Shown: positions 1 through 10,325, counted from the stretch's first letter. The stretch is 64,000 nt of DNA from Cyanobacteria bacterium J06626_4 (GCA_038523235.1 JBCBJQ010000003.1:1-64000), one strand, 5' to 3'. The notes: a model not told the origin generated them from the sequence alone. Program-made: numbers and translations.

Positions 1-368
1 GGGTCAGGGCGATCATCCCCCGGCAGCACGATTAGGGATATGCCATGGGTTTGGGCGATCGCCCGCGTCACCTCTAAACCGTAAGACCAGTAAGCCCGTC
101 CGCCTAGCAGGCGCAAAACAATCACCTGGGCTTGGGCGAGCACCGTTTCGCCATAGGCGTCGATCGCCAATTCTTGCTGCAGCTGCAGCAGGTTCACCAC
201 CCGTAATGCTGGCGCCGCCGAGGGCCACTGCGCCGCTACTCGTGCCAAACACTGAATGTCGGTATCGGCAGTCGTCATGAAAATGAGCGGGGCGGGGCTC
301 TGTTCCACAAAAATCACCCCGTCGGTGTCGGGTGTCCAACCACCGGGGGTTGCAGCCAATCTATGCAT
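1..368 (-). CDS. cobN: Cobaltochelatase subunit CobN, 5' part (runs off the left edge)
   Basis: Frame absent from the ORF track. ATG at 368 gives MHRLAATPGGWTPDTDGVIFVEQSPAPLIFMTTADTDIQ...VIVLRLLGGRAYWSYGLE...LIVLPGDDRPD, the typical cyanobacterial CobN N-terminus, open to the window edge. Confidence 0.9.
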   Translation of the reverse strand, partial: MHRLAATPGGWTPDTDGVIFVEQSPAPLIFMTTADTDIQCLARVAAQWPSAAPALRVVNLLQLQQELAIDAYGETVLAQAQVIVLRLLGGRAYWSYGLEVTRAIAQTHGISLIVLPGDDRPD

Positions 369-709
369 CGTTAAAATCCGCAGCGACGGGTGAAATCTGA
401 AGGAACTCTAGTGTCTCGCGGGGGAAACCCCATCGAAAGCTACCATGAGTTCCATGCTTTGAACGACAGGGCGATAGGGAGTATAGGGCGATCGCAGTCT
501 GTCTGGTTAATGCTGAGGGCACTGGCGCAACGGTTACTTGCCGTCATGTTTTCTCTCCTTAATTTATGGGTCTAGCCAGGAATGGCGGCGATGCCGTTCA
601 AAGCTGGATCAGGCTTGAGGGAAGCAGGGTCATGTCAGCAGTTCGAGCCATCTGACAAATTCGGGTAAACACTGGGTTAGGGCGCGATGACCCTAGCTTT
701 AATGACGTC

Positions 710-2998
710 ATGACTCTATTTCCAGACAATTCGGCCTTCGCGGTTCGACAACTGTCGTTTGGCACTTACCATCGCTTACGGCGTTCGTTTCTTAGTCAGG
801 CCCAGCAGACGGGCGCGATTGGCCTGACGGAGGCCGATTTGAGCGCCGCCTGGGAAACGGTGACGGGCTGGCAAACCGTGGCGCTGGTGGTGACGCCGAC
901 CACGCAAGGATTGCTCGTTCAAAACAGGCTGTCGGTCTCAGCTTGGGCCGATTCCGTTGAGCTTTTCTCCGTTGGCCTAGCCACGGGGCCTGACTGCCTT
1001 AAACAAGCGATCAATAGCCTCGTCGCCATTGCCGCCACGGCTGAAGTGCAGCAACAGCTGAATGAGGCCCAGCAACTGTTGAGCGATCGCTCAGCCGAGT
1101 CTTGCGCTGAGCTCATGATGACTCTGCTGCCCCAGCTGATCGAGCCGAGCAATAGAGCCACTGAAGTCTCCTTATCGGCGATCGCTCCAGCGGCCCCCGC
1201 TCCAGCCCAACTCGTTCAGAAACGAGAGCAAGCCCTGTTAGTCAAGCAAATCATCGCCAAAATTCGAGACAGTCTTGATCTACCAGCTGTGCTCTCGACC
1301 ACGGTGGCGGAAGTACAGCAATACTTAGCCGCAGACCGACTGGTGATCTATCAGTTTCAAGCCGCCACGGCAGCAGCGCCATCCCCTTGGGCGACTTCGG
1401 CCCCGGAATCCACATCCGGCTGCCCAGGCTCTGTGACCTACGAGGCGTTGGCCGCTCCCACCATTGAGTCTGTGCTGCACTTAACAGAAGAACGCTGCCT
1501 CGATGACTATGCCCAATGCTCGGAGAAATATCAGGATGGTGTACCGATCGCGGTCAGCGATGTGCAGACTCACTATCGCGACACGCCGTGTTTGTTAAAC
1601 TTTCTCCAAAAAATACAGGTGCGGGCTCAGGTAATTGCGCCGATTATTGTGCAAAACGAGCTGTGGGGGTTCCTCATTGCCCACCAGTGTCGGACGCCGC
1701 GCCGTTGGCAACCTTCAGAACTGACGTTTCTGCAGCAGATTGCCGAACATCTGGCGATCGCCATTCAGCAGGCTGAGCTGTATGCGCAACTGCGCTCACA
1801 AACTCAGTCGCTCGAAACCTGCGTGATTAACCGCACTCAGGATTTGAAAGACGCCTTGGCGGCGGCCCAGTCGGCCAACTTCACCAAAAGTGAATTTTTG
1901 GCCACTATGAGCCATGAGCTGCGCACCCCACTGACCTGCATCATTGGCATGTCGGCCACGCTGCTGCGTTGGTCTTTAGGTGAGCTGAATGCTCGCCAGC
2001 GCACCTATCTGCAGACGATTCACGATAGCGGTGAACGGCTGCTCGTGGTGATTAACAACATTTTAGAAATGTCAAAGATCGAGTCGGGGCGCATCGTGCT
2101 CGAAGTTCGCACTTTTTCACTGACGAGTCTGTCGCAACAGGCGATCGAACCCTTTCGCAAACTGGCCCGCGATCGCAGCATTTTCCTGAATTTTGAATCG
2201 ACGCTGTTGCCCGATCAAGATACGTTTACCGGTGATCCGCGGCGGATTCAACAAATCTTGAGTAACTTGCTGAGCAATGCCCTCAAATTTACCCACGATG
2301 GTGGCCAGGTCAACCTGCGACTGCGACGCGAGCAGCAGATGGCGATTTTTCAGGTGGAAGATACCGGCATTGGCATTCCCGAACATCAAATCTCCCGACT
2401 ATTTGAAACCTTTCAGCAGCTTGAACCCAGTCGACAACGCCAATATCCGGGCACGGGTTTAGGCCTCGCCCTGACCAAGCAGCTGATCGAACTGCATGGG
2501 GGCTCAATCACGGTTAACTCGCGAGTGGGCGTCGGCTCAGTTTTTACGGCCCGGCTGCCGCTGCAGCGGTTGGCGGCTGAGGCTCACCCCAAACCTCAGC
2601 CGCCTGCGGTGCCAGCCGCCAAAGCAACTCCAGTGACCGGTCGCATTGTGCTGGTGGAAGACCAAGAAGATACTGCTGGCGTGATTTGTGATCTGCTAAC
2701 GGCAGCTGACTATCAAGTCATTTGGATGATCGAAGGCTCGCGGGTGGTTGAGCAAGTCGCGCTCTTGCAGCCTGCCGTCGTGATTATCAATATGGATCTG
2801 GGCAGCATCAACGGCAGACGAGTCGTCGAAGCGCTGCGGGAAGCCTTAATTACCTCTAAGGTGAAAATCTTGGCCTTGCGCAGTCGTCAAGATTCGCAAG
2901 ATTCGCTCAACGATGTCGATGCCTCAATCACCTTGCCGTTAGAGCCAGAATGGTTACTTGAAAAAGTGAACGCGCTGATTTGGACAACTACGTTTTAG
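710..2998 (+). CDS. cikA: CikA-like GAF histidine kinase with C-terminal pseudo-receiver
   Basis: GAF (ADRLVIYQF...WGFLIAHQC), H-box MSHELRTPL, HATPase (NALKFT, DTGIGI, GTGLGL) and a receiver-like tail with Asn at the phospho-Asp position (PAVVIINMDL). Confidence 0.85.
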   Translation: MTLFPDNSAFAVRQLSFGTYHRLRRSFLSQAQQTGAIGLTEADLSAAWETVTGWQTVALVVTPTTQGLLVQNRLSVSAWADSVELFSVGLATGPDCLKQAINSLVAIAATAEVQQQLNEAQQLLSDRSAESCAELMMTLLPQLIEPSNRATEVSLSAIAPAAPAPAQLVQKREQALLVKQIIAKIRDSLDLPAVLSTTVAEVQQYLAADRLVIYQFQAATAAAPSPWATSAPESTSGCPGSVTYEALAAPTIESVLHLTEERCLDDYAQCSEKYQDGVPIAVSDVQTHYRDTPCLLNFLQKIQVRAQVIAPIIVQNELWGFLIAHQCRTPRRWQPSELTFLQQIAEHLAIAIQQAELYAQLRSQTQSLETCVINRTQDLKDALAAAQSANFTKSEFLATMSHELRTPLTCIIGMSATLLRWSLGELNARQRTYLQTIHDSGERLLVVINNILEMSKIESGRIVLEVRTFSLTSLSQQAIEPFRKLARDRSIFLNFESTLLPDQDTFTGDPRRIQQILSNLLSNALKFTHDGGQVNLRLRREQQMAIFQVEDTGIGIPEHQISRLFETFQQLEPSRQRQYPGTGLGLALTKQLIELHGGSITVNSRVGVGSVFTARLPLQRLAAEAHPKPQPPAVPAAKATPVTGRIVLVEDQEDTAGVICDLLTAADYQVIWMIEGSRVVEQVALLQPAVVIINMDLGSINGRRVVEALREALITSKVKILALRSRQDSQDSLNDVDASITLPLEPEWLLEKVNALIWTTTF

Positions 2999-3039
2999 AT
3001 TGGGTCGAGGTCGATGCCTGCCGATGTCGGCGCGGGCAA

Positions 3040-3170
3040 CTGGAGGCTGTCATCATTTAGCGGCTGAGTCCTTATGCTGAAAGCGGTTCAGCCTCTAGCT
3101 AGTTTTACGAAACGGGCGCGGTAATGTCCATACCGTCAGGCTTTCGGGTTTAATTGATGACCCGCCCTAG
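3040..3170 (+). mobile_element. MITE-like dispersed repeat, family B, copy 1 (~130 bp)
   Basis: Imperfect terminal inverted repeats gtcatcattta...taattgatgac, flanked by ctgg/ctag. Homologous to the reverse complement of 50782-50912 and 62693-62820. Confidence 0.8.
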
Positions 3171-3345
3171 TGCAGCGCCAAGTTTAAATTTGTACGTCCT
3201 CAAAATTGCAGAGCAGGTGTCTTGTTTGGACGGGCATCTTGCCCGTTTTCCCGACAGAAATCAATCCGGATTGCCATCGTTCTGTCCGGATTGCCATCGT
3301 TCTGAAAGTCAACAATCCACAAATTGAGAACTGACAGACCACTAG
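3167..3345 (+). mobile_element. MITE-like dispersed repeat, family A, copy 1
   Basis: ctagtgcagcgccaagtttaaatttgt...acaaattgagaactgacagaccactag, near-identical to 50627-50785. Internal hairpin acgggca-tct-tgcccgt and a 20-bp tandem duplication at 3265-3304. Confidence 0.85.
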
Positions 3346-3890
3346 TATCGCCAACCACGTTCAGGTCAAGGGACTCCAGATTTCTGCAGGCGTGTTTTGC
3401 CCCGCCTTGTATAGCCAGCCGCAGTTTGATTGGCTCACCACAGATGACTGAAATTACCATCCGATCGGCTTTTTGATTCCATCGGGCTTGCCCTTCCTGA
3501 AGTAGATGCTGCTGTTGTTGGTTGCTTTTTGTCGTCGTGAGCAAGGTTGGTTTTGAGTGGCTTCAACCGGGGCATCTCGCTGGGTGCTGTTCAGGGGAGC
3601 GATCGCGCGATCGTCGTGTAAATTTTTTCGACGCTGTTGCCCTCATGGCTAGGGTAATCCGTCTCGTGAAAACCCGATACGATCTGGTCAATGCCCTGAT
3701 TGCGCAGTGTTTTCCGCTAATCGTAAAGAACGCTGCCGAGCGCAGATCTGGAGCGCTCAAAGCGCCGATCAGTCGATGCTTGAAGTGAGACTTTTCTGAA
3801 AACTGCGGTACTCTTGATCGTCGTTGGATTGGATGTCACCGGCTCAATTCAATCCCTTCCTGATCATCTCTACCGGCTAAGTTCTTAATC

Positions 3891-4574
3891 ATGAAGCGTT
3901 GGTTTCATCTTGGGCGTCTTGAATCTGGTCGAGGCCTGTCTACCCCCTCAAAGCCTGCCCTAGCGCGTCGCGTTTCGACGCTGATCTGGGTATTGGCTGC
4001 AGCCTTGGTCACGATGCTGGTTCACTTTGGCTATCCCACTATCGGGCAAGCGGTTGAGCCCTCAGCGACGGCTGATGTCGCAGTGGGCAATCTCTGGCAC
4101 GAAGCCTCCTTCCCGGTAGAAAATTTTCAGGCTTATACCTCGCCGTTTGGCTACCGCTCCGATCCGTACGGGGGCAGCCAGCGCTTTCACTATGGGTTAG
4201 ACTTGGCTGCTCCGATGGGCAGTTATATCCGCAACTGGTGGGAAGGACAGGTAATCGAAGTCTCTGACGACAGCACCTGCGGCACCTCAGTGGTGGTGCA
4301 GTCGGGTAACTGGATGCATATTTACTGTCATATGCAAGGTCATGTCGTTACGGAAGGCGGGGGGCGTTATATGGTCGATAGTGGCGGCAATCTCCGCATT
4401 CGGGAAGGGCAAGCGGTGGGCACGGGTACACGCATTGGGCGTATCGGTATGACCGGTCGCACAACCGGTCCGCACCTGCACTGGGGCATGAAGTATGACG
4501 ACAATTGGGTCGACCCGGCGCTGGTTTTGCACGCCATGTACAGCAGCCAGCAGGTATCGGTTCGCGAAAACTAG
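3891..4574 (+). CDS. M23 family metallopeptidase
   Basis: HYGLD (HxxxD) and GPHLH (HxH) motifs; N-terminal hydrophobic segment. Confidence 0.9.
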   Translation: MKRWFHLGRLESGRGLSTPSKPALARRVSTLIWVLAAALVTMLVHFGYPTIGQAVEPSATADVAVGNLWHEASFPVENFQAYTSPFGYRSDPYGGSQRFHYGLDLAAPMGSYIRNWWEGQVIEVSDDSTCGTSVVVQSGNWMHIYCHMQGHVVTEGGGRYMVDSGGNLRIREGQAVGTGTRIGRIGMTGRTTGPHLHWGMKYDDNWVDPALVLHAMYSSQQVSVREN

Positions 4575-4665
4575 TCGAGGTGTTGACCGTGCAAAAATCT
4601 GACAGAAATGGCTGAACCCTGACAGAAAACTGTCTATTCTCAAATGTGGTTTGAGCCCAACCAGA

Positions 4666-5328
4666 CTAACGTTTGAGTGCCAGGGTTAGACCATCGCCGA
4701 TGGGTAGCAAACTCAGGTCAATGCGATCGTCGCCGTGGAGCTTTTGATTCAAAGCTCGCATGCGCCGGGTGCGGTTGTCAGTGACGGTGGCGGCAGCTAC
4801 TCGACCCGACCACAACACATTATCGATCGCAATCAGGCCACCCGCTCGCACCAGAATGAGCGCTTGCTCGTAGTACTGGTCGTAGCTGCTTTTATCGGCA
4901 TCGATAAAGGCAAAGTCAAAGGTGTTTGCCTCGCCGGTGTCGATCAGCTGCTGCAGCGTGTCGAGGGCCGGCCCAAGGCGCAGGTCGATTTTGTCGGCAA
5001 CGCCCGCTTTTTGCCAAAACTGTCGGGCGATCGCGGTGTAGTCTTCATTCACATCGCAGGCCACGAGGTGACCAGTTGGCGGCAGCGCCAGGGCGACGGC
5101 CAGGGAACTGTAGCCGGTGAAAACCCCAATCTCCAAGGCTCGGTGCACATTGGCTAGCTTGACCAACAGCGCCATGAACTGACCCTGCTCAGGGGAGATT
5201 TGCATCTGGCTCATGGTATGGCTGGCCGTATACCGGCGCAGCTCGGCCAGTACCGGCGGCTCTCGCAGCGACGCTGACAGCAGATAGTCATAAAGCTCGG
5301 GCGCTAGCCCAATTGAGCGGTTAGACAT
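4666..5328 (-). CDS. SAM-dependent O-methyltransferase (caffeoyl-CoA OMT-like)
   Basis: LEIGVFTGYS, FDFAFIDADK and IDNVLWSG motifs. Confidence 0.92.
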   Translation of the reverse strand: MSNRSIGLAPELYDYLLSASLREPPVLAELRRYTASHTMSQMQISPEQGQFMALLVKLANVHRALEIGVFTGYSSLAVALALPPTGHLVACDVNEDYTAIARQFWQKAGVADKIDLRLGPALDTLQQLIDTGEANTFDFAFIDADKSSYDQYYEQALILVRAGGLIAIDNVLWSGRVAAATVTDNRTRRMRALNQKLHGDDRIDLSLLPIGDGLTLALKR

Positions 5329-5682
5329 GGGCTCGTATTGCCTACCGTTGCAGAAATCTCTTGCAAACTACCATGCGATGGCGAGTTGCATGCGACCGAT
5401 GAGCTCAGACGACAGTCTGCCCATGCGGTGAAACCAGAGGACAGATTTGTTCAGTGCCCCGGTCTTGCTGGAAGCTTAAGCGGGTATTAGGAATTTAAGC
5501 ATTGAGACTCGGCATTCTGCGTGGCGATCGCGGTGGTTCGCTGCCCGCCAATGACTCAGGTCCCCAGCAACTCATGATGGACGGCAGCCAGTGGCAAACT
5601 CTTCTATCGGATTTTGCTGTGTATGCCGATACGTTTTCTGCCCAGTCGTAGCTTAAGATTGAATTAACAATTGGGCAGTTCT

Positions 5683-5880
5683 ATGGAAAGCACTCAGTTT
5701 GTTCAACTTTCGGCGATGCCGGGCTGGATCATTGGCGTCAGCCATAGCCACAAACAGGGTTACCAGTGCTGGATCATCAATTCAGCTTTAGACGTGTTGA
5801 ATGATGGGTATCGCTATACCACCAGCAGTGCCGCGCTCATGGCGGGGCGTTCATTTATTGAACGACAGCATGATGCCTAG
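5683..5880 (+). CDS. Small hypothetical protein (65 aa)
   Basis: ATG at 5683. Protein-like composition (GYQCWIIN...NDGYRYTTSSAALMAGRSFIE) in an otherwise empty gap. Confidence 0.55.
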   Translation: MESTQFVQLSAMPGWIIGVSHSHKQGYQCWIINSALDVLNDGYRYTTSSAALMAGRSFIERQHDA

Positions 5881-6278
5881 TGCCCGGCCCAGCCGCCAAA
5901 CTTCAGTGTGATGCCTGCTCCTCAGCGGCGCGATCGCGAGGATAAGATATCGGGAGTCCAACGGGCGATCGCTGCGCCCACCGAAAAATCTCCTGAATTA
6001 TGAATTTCACTCCGGGTCTGAGTGCGGATATCCCTCAGGCGACGAAAGCAAAGGTCTACCATATATATTGATGGTGTGATGGGAGCAATCCTTGTCCTGA
6101 CAACCGCTGATGATCACGATAATTGAGTCAACAGTCGTCGGGAGATAGTCAGGATCGACAACCGCCATCGGTGGCGTTTCATACAGCAGGGTCGGCGCTG
6201 GCACGACAAGCTGAGAGACGAGCGAACAGTACGAGCGCACAGTTCGGGATACGGGACGAACGAGGAGACACGAGACGA

Positions 6279-8779
6279 ATGGGCAAAGTTGTGGGGATTG
6301 ACCTGGGTACTCCAACTCGGTGGTCTCGGTGATGGAGGGCGGCAAGCCCATCGTCATTGCCAACGCAGAAAGCATGCGGACAACTCCTTCGGTCGTGGCG
6401 TTTAGCAAAGACGGCGAGCGCCTAGTGGGGCAAATGGCGCGGCGGCAGGCGGTCTTGAATCCCCAAAATACGTTTGCTGGCGTCAAGCGGTACATGGGCC
6501 GCAAGTACGGTGAGCTGTCAGCAGACTCGAAGCGTGTGCCTTACACCATTCGCCGGGGCGACAACAATGAAGTGCGAATTCAGTGTCCCCGATTAGAAAA
6601 AGAGTTCGCCCCCGAAGAAATCTCATCAATGATTCTGCGAAAGCTGGCGGAAGAGGCGAGTCGCTACTTGGGGCAGCCCGTGACCGGGGCCGTAATTACC
6701 GTACCGGCCTATTTCAACGATGCACAGCGGCAGGCCACTCGCAATGCCGGGCGCATCGCTGGGCTAGAAGTAAAGCGGATTTTGAACGAGCCGACAGCGG
6801 CGGCGCTCGCCTATGGCCTCGACCAGCAGTACAGCCAAACGGTGCTGGTATTTGATCTGGGGGGCGGCACCTTTGACGTGTCGATTCTCGATGTGGGTGA
6901 TGGGGTGTTTGAGGTGCGCTCAACAGCGGGGGATACGCAGCTTGGCGGCACCAATTTTGATAAGAAAATTGTGGACTGGCTGGCAGACGATTTTTTGGCG
7001 GCGGAAGGCGTGGATTTGCGCCGCGATCGCCAATCTTTGCAGCGCCTGACCGAGGCTGCTGAGAAAGCCAAAATTGAGCTTTCTGGGGTGAATGTCACGG
7101 AAATCAACCTACCCTTTATCACCGCCACCGCTGACGGGCCAAAGCATTTAGAGACGACCCTATCGCGATCACAATTTGAAGGTTTGTGTGGCGATCTAAT
7201 GAGCCGGTTGCGGGGGCCGCTGAAACAGGCCCTGACCGATGCCGGGCTGACCCCTGACCAGATTGATGAGGTGGTGTTGGTGGGCGGCGGGAGTCGTATG
7301 CCGATGGTGCACGACATGGTGCGATCGCTGATTCGCCGACCACCCAACCAAAACGTCAATCCGGATGAAGTGGTCGCGGTGGGTGCCGCCATTCAAGCCG
7401 GCATTCTTACCCAAGAAGTGCAGGACATTTTGCTGCTCGACGTCACGCCCTTATCTCTGGGTCTCGAAACCATTGGCGGCGTGATGAAAAAGGTGATTCC
7501 CCGCAATACGACGATTCCGGTGCGGCGCTCAGACATCTTTTCCACCTCAGAGAACAATCAGACGATGGTGGAAGTGCATGTGCTGCAGGGCGAGCGCGAA
7601 ATGGCCGCTGACAATAAAGCCCTGGGCCGCTTCAAGCTAATGGGCATTCCCCCGGCCCCGCGCGGCGTACCCCAGGTGCAGGTGGCCTTTGACATTGACG
7701 CCAACGGCATTTTGCAAGTCTCTGCGATGGATCGCACCACCGGGCGCGAACAAAGCTTGACCATTCAAGGCTCTGCCACCCTCAGCGAAGCAGAGGTGCA
7801 GCAGATGATCAAAGATGCGGAGGAGTTTTCAGATACCGATCGCCTCAAGCGTGAACAGGTCGAAAAGCGTAACCGGGCCGAGGCCCTGACTTACCAGGCC
7901 GAACGGGTGCTGCGGGAAGTCGTACTGGACTTTGGCATGCAGTTTGCCCGCGATCGTCGCCGTCGGGTTGAGCGCCTGATTCAAGAGCTGCGGGAATGTC
8001 TCACCAACAACGACGAACGGGGCATCGATATTACCCAAGCCGAACTGCAGGACGAGGTCTACGAGCTGAATCGCGAGGCCTACCTCTACGAAGACGACAC
8101 GGAAGAAACCGGCCTGCTCGGTCAAATTGGGGGCACCCTAAAGAGCACCTTTCTGGGCGACGACAACGAATACGACCGCTACGAAGATAGCTGGTCGCGG
8201 CGGCCCGCTTGGGACGATGACGCCTGGAACTACGATCGCCCCCGCCTCACCGGGACGCCCCCCGCCAATGACTATTACAGCGCCCCGCCCCCACCGCGCT
8301 ATCAGCCCAATGCCTATGGCTCACCGGGCAGCAGTGACCCCTATCGAGCCCCGGCTCGCTCCAGTTGGAACGAGCCACCGATCTATGGCAACGATCGCCC
8401 CCGCGACCCCGGCTATGGTCGCCCTCCAACGAATCCAAGCCCGCCCCCCGCTCAGAGTTATCCGCCTGAGCGCTACGGTGCCGATGTCAGCGGCTATGGT
8501 GATGCCGGTCGGGGTCGCGCCCCGAATCCAGACGTGCGTCCTGCCGCCGATCCCTGGGGTGAACAGCCCTATGGAGCGCCCCGCCCACCCGTTGGCAATC
8601 GCGATGAGCGCGATTGGAATCGTCCCTCAGGGTCACCACCTGCGTCGCGATCACCGCGTGATCTGCCCCCCCGTGATCCGGCATCGGCGGGGCGCGATCG
8701 CCCCAGCAGTGCTGCCCCGCCCGCGGGCTACAACAACGGCTATGATGACGATTGGGGCGATGAGGATGAGTGGCTGTAG
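6279..8779 (+). CDS. dnaK: Hsp70 chaperone DnaK, DnaK3 type with long C-terminal extension; one base missing near 6311
   Basis: MGKVVGIDLGT from ATG 6279 joins the NSVVSVMEGG frame only if one base is added at ~6311-6312. TVPAYFND, FDLGGGTFD, VLVGGGSRMP motifs; acidic tail DDDWGDEDEWL; followed by dnaJ. Confidence 0.93.
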
Positions 8780-8869
8780 CAGCCCCTTCCAGCAGTCTAT
8801 GCCCCCGTCGCCAGCTGATAACACTCAAGAATTGATCCATTGGGATGGATCAATGCTGAAACTGCGTTT

Positions 8870-9853
8870 ATGCAAAACTTTCGCAACTACTTTGAAATTT
8901 TAGGGGTCAATCAAACCGCTTCATCCGCCGAGGTGAAGCAGGCCTATCGTCAGCTGGCACGTAAGTATCACCCTGACCTCAACCCCGGCGATCAGGCCGC
9001 TGAGGAACAGTTCAAGCTGCTGGGTGAGGCTTACGAAATCCTCTCTGACCCCGAGAAGCGATCGCAATACGAAGAGTACAGCAGCTTTTGGAAGCAAAAG
9101 GGCTTTCGCCAGCGGGTTAGTCAGTTTTCCTTCAACAATTTAGATTTTGGCGATCTGGGTGACTTCAACTCCTTTGTTGATCAGCTGCTCAACCGCCGAG
9201 GTGAATCATCTCCTAACAGCAACGGACGCTCAGCAGAGGCTCCACGCTATCGCAGTGAGCCTGCCTCGTCATCCCGCTCTGCGAGTGAGCCTCGAACGGC
9301 AGCAGCGCGCCCGAACCCGCGACGGGATGCGGAGGCGACGCTCACCGTGCCGCTAGAGCGCGCCTATGCCGGCGGACAAGAACGAATTCGACTCGAAGAT
9401 GGTAGGGCGATCGAGGTCGAGATGCCTCCTGGCATGGTCACCGGCCAGCGCATTCGTCTAAAGGGCCAAGGCATCGGCGGGGGGAACCTCTATCTACGCA
9501 TTGAGGTGGAACCCCATCCGCTATTTAAGTTGACGGGCAACGATGTGTTCTGTCGCATTCCTGTAACGCCCAGTGAGGCGACCCTGGGGGACACTATCAC
9601 GGTGCCCACGCTGGATGGGCCAGTGCAGCTCACGATGCCTGCTGGCGTGCAGACCGGTAAGCGCTTGCGGCTGGCCGGGCGCGGTTATGTTGTGGGGCGC
9701 GATCGCCGTGGCGATCAAATCGTTGAAGTCGAAATTGTTGTGCCGCCGACAGTGAGCGATCGCGAACGGACTCTTTACAAAGAGCTGAGAGAGATTGAAT
9801 CCTTCAACCCTCGCACGGCTCTGCTGCAGCCTCGACAAACCGTTTTTCGCTAA
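8870..9853 (+). CDS. dnaJ: DnaJ-class co-chaperone (J domain plus DnaJ_C, no zinc finger)
   Basis: YHPD J-domain motif and C-terminal DnaJ_C region; directly downstream of dnaK3. Confidence 0.9.
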   Translation: MQNFRNYFEILGVNQTASSAEVKQAYRQLARKYHPDLNPGDQAAEEQFKLLGEAYEILSDPEKRSQYEEYSSFWKQKGFRQRVSQFSFNNLDFGDLGDFNSFVDQLLNRRGESSPNSNGRSAEAPRYRSEPASSSRSASEPRTAAARPNPRRDAEATLTVPLERAYAGGQERIRLEDGRAIEVEMPPGMVTGQRIRLKGQGIGGGNLYLRIEVEPHPLFKLTGNDVFCRIPVTPSEATLGDTITVPTLDGPVQLTMPAGVQTGKRLRLAGRGYVVGRDRRGDQIVEVEIVVPPTVSDRERTLYKELREIESFNPRTALLQPRQTVFR

Positions 9854-9968
9854 TACCAATTCTCTGAAACTGGACTACAGATCTTCCTTTCGACTCCGCT
9901 CAAGGAACTTAGGCCGAGCGGAGTCGAAGCCGATTTGTGTGTGTAGAGGTGATTTGTCGAACTGGTCT
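9853..9968. repeat. REP/MITE-like nested inverted repeat
   Basis: Perfect 13-bp inverted repeat ttcgactccgctc (9889-9901) / gagcggagtcgaa (9916-9928), inside outer arms ctaca/tgtag and accaattc/gaactggt. Confidence 0.65.
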
Positions 9969-10325
9969 AAGCCTCGGCTGCTTATCTCATTGCAGTCATA
10001 GAACCGGATCGATGACTCCACGCAGATAATCTGGTACTTCATCTCAGGGCGGCAACGCAACTTGTCGGAGCCCTTGGGCAATCGCCCTTATCTTCCCAAC
10101 TGGCTTTCTCACTGGAACAGCAGGGCTATTTCATCTTTGCGAAAGAACATTCTGTGCTGGAAATTTGACGAGCCGGGTTCGGATAAAAGAGCCTTCGCCC
10201 CACAATATTGAGGATTTCGGGTTTTCCCTGACTGCCGTAACGCTACCCTCGTGAAGAAGGCAGAGAGTAACGAATCCTGTATAAATCATTCCGGTCAACT
10301 GCCTACTTGCTAAGCGCGACCGGGA

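Noticed and set aside
13..339. 108-aa minus-strand ORF in the track
   Set aside because: Wrong frame; the overlapping frame starting at 368 encodes CobN.
369..709. Cobalamin riboswitch upstream of cobN
   Set aside because: No B12-box or other conserved cobalamin aptamer elements recognisable on the minus strand.
3200..3788. ORFs at 3200-3544, 3522-3788 and 3563-3760
   Set aside because: They run through MITE-like repeats or promoter DNA and show no protein-family features.
8217..8903. 228-aa ORF overlapping the dnaK3 tail
   Set aside because: Alternate frame of a GC-rich low-complexity region; no recognisable domain.
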